Shown piece by piece: positions 1-7,733 of a DNA stretch of 64,000 nt. A program made the translations under genes and the position numbers. Each line of letters starts with the position of its first letter. Position 1 is the stretch's first letter. The DNA is from Blastocatellia bacterium (lineage in GTDB: Bacteria > Acidobacteriota > Blastocatellia > Pyrinomonadales > Pyrinomonadaceae): NCBI GenBank assembly GCA_034665305.1, contig JAXDFZ010000010.1, positions 307,567-371,566 on the forward strand. The letters run 5' to 3'. The notes below the pieces were generated by a model. The model did no database searches. It saw nothing but the letters and a program-made list of their open reading frames with translations, and had not been told where the DNA came from.

Positions 1-103
1 ATTTGAGATGGAAGCGCAAGCGCGCTGTTTTGAATCTCAGGATGCGAAAGAGGGCGTACGCGCTTTTCTGGAAAAGCGGCCACCGAAGTTTACGGGGTAC
101 TAA
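1..103 (+). CDS. Enoyl-CoA hydratase/isomerase family protein, C-terminal fragment; the start lies before the window
   Basis: Open frame from position 2 to TAA at 101-103. It translates ...FEMEAQARCFESQDAKEGVRAFLEKRPPKFTGY, a typical crotonase C-terminus. Confidence 0.5.
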   Translation, partial: FEMEAQARCFESQDAKEGVRAFLEKRPPKFTGY

Positions 104-220
104 GGAAAGTTTCGGGTTTCGAGTTTCGGGTTTCGAGTTCGGAAACACGGGTCAGCTCCCGACACACGATACCTGACGCCCGATACCCGATACCTGATTT
201 CGAACTCGAAACTAATCCCC

Positions 221-997
221 ATGAAACTCGAGAACCGGCTAACGTTAATCACTGGCGGCGGGCGCGGAATTGGCCGCGCCATTGCTTTGGCGTTTGCGCG
301 CGAGGGCGCGAGCGTCGTGGTTGCGGCCCGCAGTCTTGATCAGATTGAAAGTGTAGCCAAAGAGATCCGCGCCAGTGGGGCCATCGCCGCTGCTATTGCC
401 TGTGACGTCGCTGACGCTGCAAGTGTGCAGCGGATGTTTTCTCAAATTCGCGATCAGTTCGGCCGTGGTCCTGACATCCTCGTCAACAACGCGGGCATTG
501 CTGAAAGCGCGACAGTGGATAAGACCAGCGACGAACTCTGGCAGCGTCATATCGGAGTTAATCTAAGTGGCACGTTCTTTTGCACGCGCGCCGTGGTGCC
601 GGAGATGATGGCCAGCGGCTGGGGCCGCATCATTAACATTGCTTCCATCGCCGGAAAGACCGGAGCCCCTTACATTGCTGCCTACTCTGCGTCCAAGCAC
701 GGCGTGTTGGGACTGACGCGCAGCGTTGCCCTCGAGGTCGCACTTAAGGGTGTGACTGTAAACGCAATCTGTCCCGGTTATGTCGATACGGAAATGACTT
801 CGCGCGGCATTGAAAACATTACGGCGAAAACCGGGAAGAATGCCGACGATGCCCTCGCGGCCCTGAAACGCATGAGCCCGCAGAATCGACTGGTGACTTC
901 GGAAGAAGTTGCGGCCCTGGCGTTGCTGCTGGCTTCGGAAGATGGCCGCGGCATTAACGGACAGGCCATTAATGTAGACGGCGGCACCGTGCTTTGA
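221..997 (+). CDS. SDR family NAD(P)-dependent oxidoreductase, resembling 3-oxoacyl-ACP reductase or 3-hydroxyacyl-CoA dehydrogenase
   Basis: 258 aa with the Rossmann TGGGRGIGRAIA motif and a catalytic YSASK motif. Confidence 0.85.
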   Translation: MKLENRLTLITGGGRGIGRAIALAFAREGASVVVAARSLDQIESVAKEIRASGAIAAAIACDVADAASVQRMFSQIRDQFGRGPDILVNNAGIAESATVDKTSDELWQRHIGVNLSGTFFCTRAVVPEMMASGWGRIINIASIAGKTGAPYIAAYSASKHGVLGLTRSVALEVALKGVTVNAICPGYVDTEMTSRGIENITAKTGKNADDALAALKRMSPQNRLVTSEEVAALALLLASEDGRGINGQAINVDGGTVL

Positions 998-1033
998 GGA
1001 TGTCAGAACCGCCTGCGGTAGCGGGCGGGCCAC

Positions 1034-1127
1034 TGCGATTGCAGATTGCAGACTGCGGATTAAAAACGAAGATAAAGAGCCGTTCGTTGGCCTTCAATCC
1101 GCATTCTGCGCTCCGAAATCCGAAATC
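1034..1127. repeat. MITE-like repeat family B, copy 1 (downstream of the SDR gene)
   Basis: GATTGCAGATTGCAGACTGCGGATTAAAAACGAAG...CAATCCGCATTCTGCGCTCCGAAATCCGAAATC. It is co-linear with copies 2 and 3. Confidence 0.75.
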
Positions 1128-1132
1128 ATAAA

Positions 1133-1531
1133 ATGTCATTTACATTCATCAATCCGGAATCACTCGGCGCGCCGCGCGGTTATTCCAATGGGGTGCTCAC
1201 AGAACCTGGGGGCCGGCTACTGTTCATCGCCGGACAGATTGCCTGGGACGGTCAACAACAGATCGTTAGTGACGACTTCGTGGCGCAATTCGATCAAGCG
1301 CTGGCGAATGTAATCACAGTCGTCAACGCGGCGGGTGGCACAGCGGAACAGATTGCGCGGCTGGTGATTTATGTTACCGATAAAGCGGAGTACAAAAAAC
1401 GCACGGACGAAATCGGCGATAGTTATCGCGCCCGCATGGGAAAACATTTCCCGGCAATGGCGTTGGTAGAAGTTAAGAGCCTGCTCGACGACAACGCCAG
1501 GGTTGAGATCGAAGGCGTAGCTTACTTGTAA
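1133..1531 (+). CDS. RidA/YjgF family reactive-intermediate (enamine/imine) deaminase
   Basis: 132 aa with the typical Rid family length and motifs (GPYSNGV-like, IAGQIA). Confidence 0.8.
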   Translation: MSFTFINPESLGAPRGYSNGVLTEPGGRLLFIAGQIAWDGQQQIVSDDFVAQFDQALANVITVVNAAGGTAEQIARLVIYVTDKAEYKKRTDEIGDSYRARMGKHFPAMALVEVKSLLDDNARVEIEGVAYL

Positions 1532-1576
1532 CGCGAGTTGTTTTGACGCACGTCTGTCGTCGCGCAACGAACCCTC

Positions 1577-2422
1577 ATGAGACAGAAACTTTTCAGCGCG
1601 TTTGCCATCCTGATGCTTGTTTCCGCGGGGCTCGCCTGTTCCCTGGGCTCCTCGTTATTCCGTTCAAAGGGCCAACGGAGCTGGCATCTGGTTTTGGAGA
1701 TCGCTCCTTCCGCGTCTGACAAGGAAGCGACCTTGACACAGATTATGAGGGTGATCGAGAGGCGCCTGGACGCTGCCCACGTGCCGAACTATAAGGTTGA
1801 AGCGCAGAGTGGGACTGACAATCGCATCCTGGTCGACCTTCCCAAGATCGCCGATCGGGAACGTGTGAAGTCTTTGATCACGGCCGGTGGCAAGCTGGAG
1901 TTTGTGCAAGTGATCAGTCCGCCAAGTCCCTCGCCGGTGCAGACGTTTGCCACCAGAGAAGAGGCTGCATCTTTCGTTAAGGGACAAGATCCAACCACCG
2001 TGCGAATCTTATCTTACCGGGAAAGGGATGACCCGATTGCCACCCAGGAACTGCGAACCAGCTCGCCTGCGCCGCGCTGGGTCGTCGTAGCAGTTCCCGC
2101 GATCGTTGATGGCAGCGAACTTCGGAATGCGTCTGCGGCCCCATCAGTGGGGGTTCGTGACGAATATTCGATAATGTTTTCGCTAGGGCAGCAGGGCGCC
2201 GGGAAGTTCGGGGCCTGGACCGCCGGCAATATCAATAATTACCTTGGCGTGGTTCTGAACGACGAAGTGAAATCGATCGCTTATATTAAAGGACAGATAT
2301 ACGACTCGGGCGAGATTTCGGGCAGATTCACAAAACAGAGCGCTGAGGATCTGGCCCTGGTGCTGCGATCAGGTGCCCTACCAGTCCCGGTAAAAATTGT
2401 GTCCGAAACCATTGATAAATAG
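1577..2422 (+). CDS. Lipoprotein carrying a SecD periplasmic-head (P1)-like domain without the SecD transmembrane core
   Basis: Signal peptide with a lipobox (LVSAGLACS). Internal GGKLEFVQV and C-terminal LRSGALPVPVKIVSETI match the SecD P1 head motifs LEFR and SGALPAPLEIVEE. There are no transmembrane segments after the signal. Confidence 0.5.
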   Translation: MRQKLFSAFAILMLVSAGLACSLGSSLFRSKGQRSWHLVLEIAPSASDKEATLTQIMRVIERRLDAAHVPNYKVEAQSGTDNRILVDLPKIADRERVKSLITAGGKLEFVQVISPPSPSPVQTFATREEAASFVKGQDPTTVRILSYRERDDPIATQELRTSSPAPRWVVVAVPAIVDGSELRNASAAPSVGVRDEYSIMFSLGQQGAGKFGAWTAGNINNYLGVVLNDEVKSIAYIKGQIYDSGEISGRFTKQSAEDLALVLRSGALPVPVKIVSETIDK

Positions 2423-2443
2423 GACCAGCGAAGCGGCCTGCCG

Positions 2444-3238
2444 ATGATCAATCCCAAAAGCTTTCTTTACGAACTCAGTGACGCGGGCGTGGCGACGATC
2501 ACTCTAAACCGTTCGGAACGTTTGAACGCGATCACGTTCGACGTTTACCGGGAGTTAACCGATACGTTTGCGGCGCTGCGTGAGGAAAAAGATGTTCGCG
2601 TCGTAGTCATCACCGGCGCGGGCAAAGCGTTCTGTTCCGGCGGCGACGTTCACGACATCATCGGCGAATTGTTTGGGCGCGATATGCAGGGCTTGCTGGA
2701 TTTCACGCGCCTGACTTGCGCGCTAATTCAAAACATCCGCGCATTGCCGAAGCCGGTCATCGCCAGTCTCAACGGCACCACCGCCGGCGCCGGCGCCTGC
2801 ATTGCGCTGGCAGCCGACATGCGGATCGCGAGTGAAACCGCAAAGATTGCGTTCCTGTTTGTGAAGGTGGGATTGTCAGGTGCGGACATGGGCGCCGCTT
2901 ACTTGTTACCGCGCATTGTCGGTTTGGCGAAAGCTACCGAACTGTTGATGACGGGCGATTTCGTTTCAGCTTCGGAAGCGGCGGCGATGGGTTTGTACAA
3001 TCGTGTGGTTCCCGCTGACGCGTTGGCCGCCAACACGAAAGAGTTCGCGGAACGTCTGGCCGCCGGGCCGGCGTTCGCGCTGGCGAAGACCAAGGAGATG
3101 CTGAACCGCGAAATGCAAATGGATCTCGCGACCGCACTGGAAACCGAAGCCCAGGCCCAGGCGCTTTGCATGCAGCATACGGATTTCCGCGAAGCCTACG
3201 ACGCGTTCACAGCGAAACGTCCTGCGAAGTTCAAGTGA
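2444..3238 (+). CDS. Enoyl-CoA hydratase/isomerase (crotonase) family protein
   Basis: 264 aa with the crotonase fold signature GAGKAFCSGGD and an oxyanion-hole region. Confidence 0.85.
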   Translation: MINPKSFLYELSDAGVATITLNRSERLNAITFDVYRELTDTFAALREEKDVRVVVITGAGKAFCSGGDVHDIIGELFGRDMQGLLDFTRLTCALIQNIRALPKPVIASLNGTTAGAGACIALAADMRIASETAKIAFLFVKVGLSGADMGAAYLLPRIVGLAKATELLMTGDFVSASEAAAMGLYNRVVPADALAANTKEFAERLAAGPAFALAKTKEMLNREMQMDLATALETEAQAQALCMQHTDFREAYDAFTAKRPAKFK

Positions 3239-3242
3239 TTTT

Positions 3243-3356
3243 GGAGTGCGCCGGCAGAGCGCAGCGCCGACGGCGCTTTGGATAACGCCGTAAACCTGGG
3301 AAGGAAAGGAATAGAATCCAAGACGGTGTCGCCGCTTCGCTCTGCCACCGCACTCC
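3243..3356. repeat. Palindromic repeat family H, copy 1 (terminal inverted repeats GGAGTGCGCCGGCAGAGCG...CGCTCTGCCACCGCACTCC)
   Basis: 19-bp inverted termini with a 28-bp right end nearly identical to the copy at 41658-41784. Confidence 0.6.
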
Positions 3357-3377
3357 GGGAGTAGTTGCTGTCAAACT

Positions 3378-4532
3378 ATGGATCGGTTCATCGAAACAAC
3401 TCCGTTCTTTACTGCTACGCAACGCGCGCTGGCGACGCACGCAGCTGCGTTCACTGCGCGCGACGTTGAACCGCGGGCCGCTCAAGAAGAGGCGGGTCTG
3501 GACGAATCCTTTCGGGCCTACCTTGGTCTTTTGGTCGAGGCCGGCCTCTTGCCTTTTGCGGTGACTGTTCCCGGGCAGGCCTTCGATCTGCGATCGTTTT
3601 GCATAATTCGCGAAGCGCTTTCTTACTCTTCATCGCTCGCCGATCTGGCGTTCGTAATGCAGGGGCTGGGCACATATCCCATCAGCGTCGCGGCCAGCGA
3701 ACATGTGCGTGACTTCTGGCTCGAGCGGGCGGCCACCGGAAAAGCGATCGGAGCTTTCGCGTTGACCGAAGTTGAGGCGGGCTCCGACGTAGCGGGAATC
3801 AAAACCACGGCTTGCCGCGACGGCGACGCATATGTGATTGATGGCAGCAAGCGTTTCATTTCCAACGCGGGCCTCGCTGATTTCTACACCGTCTTTGCGC
3901 GCACCGGCACCCGCGCCGACGGCCGCGCTGAGTTGTCGGCCTTCGTGGTTGGCGCGCGCATGGCGGGATTTTCAGTTCGCAAACGCACGCAGATGCTGGC
4001 CGCACATCTGATCGGTGAAATCGAATTTAACAATTGCCGCGTTCCGGCAGAGAACCTGGTTGGCGCCGAAGGCGACGGGTTGCGTATGGCGTTGCAAACC
4101 CTCGATACCTTCCGCGCCAGTGTGGGCGCTGCCGCCTGTGGTCTGGCGCGCCGGGCCCTCGATGAAAGTGTTTCTTACGCAAAGACCAGGCAGCAGTTCG
4201 GCCGGCCGCTATCGAGTCATCAGTTGATCCAGGCGAAACTGGCCGACATGGTGACGGAGCTCGATGCGGCGCGCCTGCTGGTTTATCGCGCAGCCTACTT
4301 GAAAGATACGGACCACACGAATCGCTCGACGCTGGAAGCGAGCGAGGCCAAACTGTTCGCCACTGAAGCAGCCGGACGGATTGCTGACAGCGCGTTGCAG
4401 ATACACGGCGGCTCCGGACTGGTGCGCGGCAGCGTGGTCGAACGCGTCTACCGCGACGTGCGCGCGTTGCGCATTTACGAAGGCACTTCCGAAATCCAAA
4501 AACTGGTAATCGCGAATCAACTCGTGAAGTAG
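3378..4532 (+). CDS. Acyl-CoA dehydrogenase
   Basis: 384 aa with the acyl-CoA dehydrogenase middle and C-terminal domain motifs (GSDVAGIKTTA...YRIYEGTSEIQ). Confidence 0.9.
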   Translation: MDRFIETTPFFTATQRALATHAAAFTARDVEPRAAQEEAGLDESFRAYLGLLVEAGLLPFAVTVPGQAFDLRSFCIIREALSYSSSLADLAFVMQGLGTYPISVAASEHVRDFWLERAATGKAIGAFALTEVEAGSDVAGIKTTACRDGDAYVIDGSKRFISNAGLADFYTVFARTGTRADGRAELSAFVVGARMAGFSVRKRTQMLAAHLIGEIEFNNCRVPAENLVGAEGDGLRMALQTLDTFRASVGAAACGLARRALDESVSYAKTRQQFGRPLSSHQLIQAKLADMVTELDAARLLVYRAAYLKDTDHTNRSTLEASEAKLFATEAAGRIADSALQIHGGSGLVRGSVVERVYRDVRALRIYEGTSEIQKLVIANQLVK

Positions 4533-5189
4533 GACAGACATTCCTGTCTGTTCCAGTGAGCACCAATCTCAGTGGCCATTTTCACAAGGCCTTGGACTGG
4601 TGAAGAAGAGCGGCAAATATGGTTACATAAACAAAAAAGGAGCCGTTGTTATTCCTTTTCGGTTTGATGGCGCAGGCGATTTTGCGGAGGGCTCGGACTA
4701 GTGTTAATTGCAAGCAAGTATGGTTACATCGATAAGACTGGCAAGATCGTAATTCAACCACAGTTTGAGCGCTGCGGTGGTTTCTCTGAAGGATTGGCCC
4801 GATTTGTTGATAACGACAAAGTTGGTTACATAGATCGGACGGGAAAAGTTGTGATCGCGCCCTGGTTTGAATCCGGAGAACCCTTTAGCGAGGGGCTGGC
4901 GGAGGTTCAAGTCGACAGAAAATGGGGCTACATAAACAGAAGCGGGGAAATCGTTATAAAGCCCAACTTCGTAAGGACTGGACAGTTCTCGGAAGGCTTG
5001 GCACCGGTTTCACTGGGGAGCCATGGTGGCTTTATCGATACTACTGGTCGAATGGTCATCGAGAATATGTGGTGGGATATGGGCGAAGAATTCTTTGATG
5101 GGCTTGCATTGATGGAGACCAGTTACGGCCTGGCTTACATAGACAAGCGAGGGAACCACATTTGGAGGGAGAAGATCGCTCATCGTTGA
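4528..5189 (+). pseudogene. WG (KWG) beta-repeat protein remnant, 5'-truncated and carrying a -1 frameshift near 4690
   Basis: The 4701-5189 ORF holds about five WG repeats (KYGYIDKTGKIVIQPQFERCGGFSEGLA...). The same repeat continues upstream in another frame (4528-4701: ...WPFSQGLGLVKKSGKYGYINKKGAVVIPFRFDGAGDFAEG). Adding one G in the gagggctcgg run restores ...DFAEGLGLVLIASKYGYID. The upstream frame opens right at the acyl-CoA dehydrogenase stop with no start codon and no signal peptide. Confidence 0.5.
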
Positions 5190-5252
5190 GGGTTCATGGT
5201 TACACCCTGGTAACTCTGCGGCGCAGTCATTTCCGAAGCATTTCTTGAAAGA

Positions 5253-6635
5253 GTGAACGAGACAACTTCAAAGAGAACCCAACTGGAGTCCCATCTCGCC
5301 CGCCGTCTCGGCCTTTTCGATACCGCGATGCTGGTGATGGGCGGGATCATTGGCTCCGGGATCTTTATCAATTCCTACGTGGTTGCTCAGCAGGTCCATT
5401 CTCCGATCCTGATTTTGGGCGCCTGGGCGGTTGGTGGTTTGATTGCGCTGGCCGGCGCGTTTATCTACGCCGAGCTCTCGTCGCAGACTTCGGCTTCCGG
5501 TGGCCAATACATTTATTTGCGCGACGCGTTTCATCCTTCCATCGCGTTTCTCTACGGTTGGGCGCTGCTGCTGGTTATTCAAACCGGAGGCATGGCAGCG
5601 GTAGCAATCACCTTCGCCAAATATTTTTTGGAAGTGGGCCACCTGTCTGGTGGCGATCGTAACGCGGCGATCGTCGCGGTGATTGCCTTGAGCGCGCTCA
5701 CGCTGATTAATTGCCTCGGCGTGCGGGCGGGAAGTACGACGCAAAACGTCTTCATGATTCTGAAGTTGATTGCCATCGCTGTGCTGGTTGCCTGGGGATT
5801 GACGGTTAGCGACTCAGCTCCCAGCGAAGGAATCACTGCTATTGCCGGGGGGACTTCGGATGTGTGGGCCATGTTGACGGCATTCGGCGCCGCACTTATT
5901 CCAGTGCAGTTTGCTTATGGCGGCTGGCAAACATCCTGCTTCGTCGCCGGCGAAGTGCGCGAGCCGCACAAGAACCTGCCGCGTGGATTATTGCTAGGCG
6001 TGTTGGGTGTGATTGCGGTTTATCTTTCAGTGAACTTCGTTTATGTCTACGCGTTGGGACCGGCGACCCTCGCGCAAACGAAGACTCCGGCGTCGGCCGT
6101 GATGCGTCTGGCACTAGGTGAAGGCGGCGCGCGCTTCATTGCCATCGGGATTGCCGTTTCCACTCTCGGGTTTCTAAGTCAAAGCATGTTGACGGCGCCG
6201 CGAGTTTATTTTGCGATGGCGCAGGATCGTGTGTTCTTCAGCGGGCTGGCGCGTTTGAATCGCGCGCGCGTGCCGGCAATGGCGATTGCATTACAGGGCG
6301 CGCTGGCGATTGTAATTGCGCTTTCCGGCCGCTACGAGCAGATACTGAATTACGTGGTTTCGGTTGATGTAGTTTTCTTTGCGCTCACGGCGCTGTGCGT
6401 GTTCCTGTTCCGAACTCGGGATCGTGCGCGCGGCGAAGCTCGGGTGGATACGTTTCGTATTCCCGGCCATCCTTTGACGACAATCTTTTTCATTCTCGCC
6501 TGCGGCGCGGTAATTGTGAGTACCGTTTACCAGTATCCACGCAACAGCGCGATCGGCCTGGGAATCATGCTGGCAGGGTTGCCGGTTTACTTTTTGTGGC
6601 GCAAACGGCCGGTCGACTCCGATCCTGTCAAATAG
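5253..6635 (+). CDS. APC family amino acid permease
   Basis: 460 aa with about 12 predicted transmembrane segments and an N-terminal GGIIGSGIF motif typical of amino acid/polyamine/organocation transporters. Confidence 0.85.
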   Translation: MNETTSKRTQLESHLARRLGLFDTAMLVMGGIIGSGIFINSYVVAQQVHSPILILGAWAVGGLIALAGAFIYAELSSQTSASGGQYIYLRDAFHPSIAFLYGWALLLVIQTGGMAAVAITFAKYFLEVGHLSGGDRNAAIVAVIALSALTLINCLGVRAGSTTQNVFMILKLIAIAVLVAWGLTVSDSAPSEGITAIAGGTSDVWAMLTAFGAALIPVQFAYGGWQTSCFVAGEVREPHKNLPRGLLLGVLGVIAVYLSVNFVYVYALGPATLAQTKTPASAVMRLALGEGGARFIAIGIAVSTLGFLSQSMLTAPRVYFAMAQDRVFFSGLARLNRARVPAMAIALQGALAIVIALSGRYEQILNYVVSVDVVFFALTALCVFLFRTRDRARGEARVDTFRIPGHPLTTIFFILACGAVIVSTVYQYPRNSAIGLGIMLAGLPVYFLWRKRPVDSDPVK

Positions 6636-6638
6636 ATT

Positions 6639-7733
6639 ATGATCAAACAGTCTGCTTACATGCACTGGGCCAAAACGCGACCGCGAGTCAAATATGACCT
6701 CGCCCTGAGCGGCGTTCTCAATCTGCCTTTCAGCGAACTGGACGTAGAACTCGCGGATCTGGATCTCAACGGACCGAATCCCTACGGTTATCCGCCGCTG
6801 CTCGAAGCGTTGGCAACCCATTGCAAAGTCACGCCGGAAATGGTCGTCACGGTTTCGGGTGGCACTTCGATGGCCAATCACCTGGCGATGGCGGCATTGC
6901 TGAATCACGGTGATGAAGTGCTCGTGGAAGAGCCAACTTACGATCCGCTGCTCGCCGTGGCGGAGTACCTCGGAGCCCGTATCAAAAGATTTGCGCGCCC
7001 GTTCAGCACCGGCTTTCGCATTGATCCCGAAGCGATTCGCGAACAGATCACCGAACGCACGCGGTTGATTGTTCTCACGAACATGCATAACCCGAGCAGC
7101 GTCCTGACCGATAACGAAACCTTGAAAGAAATCGGATTGCTGGCGCGAAGCGTCGGCGCGCGCGTGCTGGTCGACGAAGTTTATCTGGAGGCATTGTTCG
7201 AAGCCGGACCGTCTTCATGCGTTCATCTGGGGCCGGAGTTTGTGGCTACCACCAGTCTTACCAAAGGCTATGGCCTCAGTGGGTTGCGTTGTGGCTGGAT
7301 CCTCGCAGCGCCTGAATTGGCGCAAAAATTTTGGCTGTTGAAAGATATCTTCGAGGGTGTTGGGCCACATCCGACCGAACGTTTAAGCGTAGTGGCGTTG
7401 AAACAGTTGCGTCGCATCGCCACTCGCGCGAAAAATATTCTCCGAACTAATCGCGCCGCGCTTAATCAATTCCTGGAATCACAGGACGAGCTTCAGGCGG
7501 TGCCAACTGAATCGGGGACGACGATCTTTCCGCTTCTGCGCCACGGCAGCGTCGATATGCTTTGTGATTTGCTGAACCGCAAGTATGAGACGGCCATTGT
7601 GCCCGGGCGATTTTTTGAAATGCCACAGCATGTGCGCGTAGGAATCTGCTGTGAGCCGGAACTCTTTACCGGCGGCCTGGAAAGACTGGGCGCGGCATTG
7701 TCTGAACTACCGCAGACGGATCAGAGGCGATGA
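6639..7733 (+). CDS. Pyridoxal phosphate-dependent aminotransferase, class I/II fold
   Basis: 364 aa with aminotransferase class I/II core motifs. The start lies 4 nt after the permease stop, and its stop overlaps the next start (ATGA). Confidence 0.75.
   Translation: MIKQSAYMHWAKTRPRVKYDLALSGVLNLPFSELDVELADLDLNGPNPYGYPPLLEALATHCKVTPEMVVTVSGGTSMANHLAMAALLNHGDEVLVEEPTYDPLLAVAEYLGARIKRFARPFSTGFRIDPEAIREQITERTRLIVLTNMHNPSSVLTDNETLKEIGLLARSVGARVLVDEVYLEALFEAGPSSCVHLGPEFVATTSLTKGYGLSGLRCGWILAAPELAQKFWLLKDIFEGVGPHPTERLSVVALKQLRRIATRAKNILRTNRAALNQFLESQDELQAVPTESGTTIFPLLRHGSVDMLCDLLNRKYETAIVPGRFFEMPQHVRVGICCEPELFTGGLERLGAALSELPQTDQRR

Noticed and set aside
563-1033. 156-aa minus-strand ORF
   Set aside because: Entirely antisense to the well-supported SDR gene. 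An Arg/Ala-rich translation typical of GC-rich antisense frames.
4027-4566. 179-aa Arg/Pro-rich minus-strand ORF
   Set aside because: Antisense to the acyl-CoA dehydrogenase gene. Low-complexity arginine-rich product with no motifs.
6291-7088. 265-aa minus-strand ORF
   Set aside because: Overlaps the 3' end of the permease and the 5' end of the aminotransferase on the opposite strand. No domain signal.
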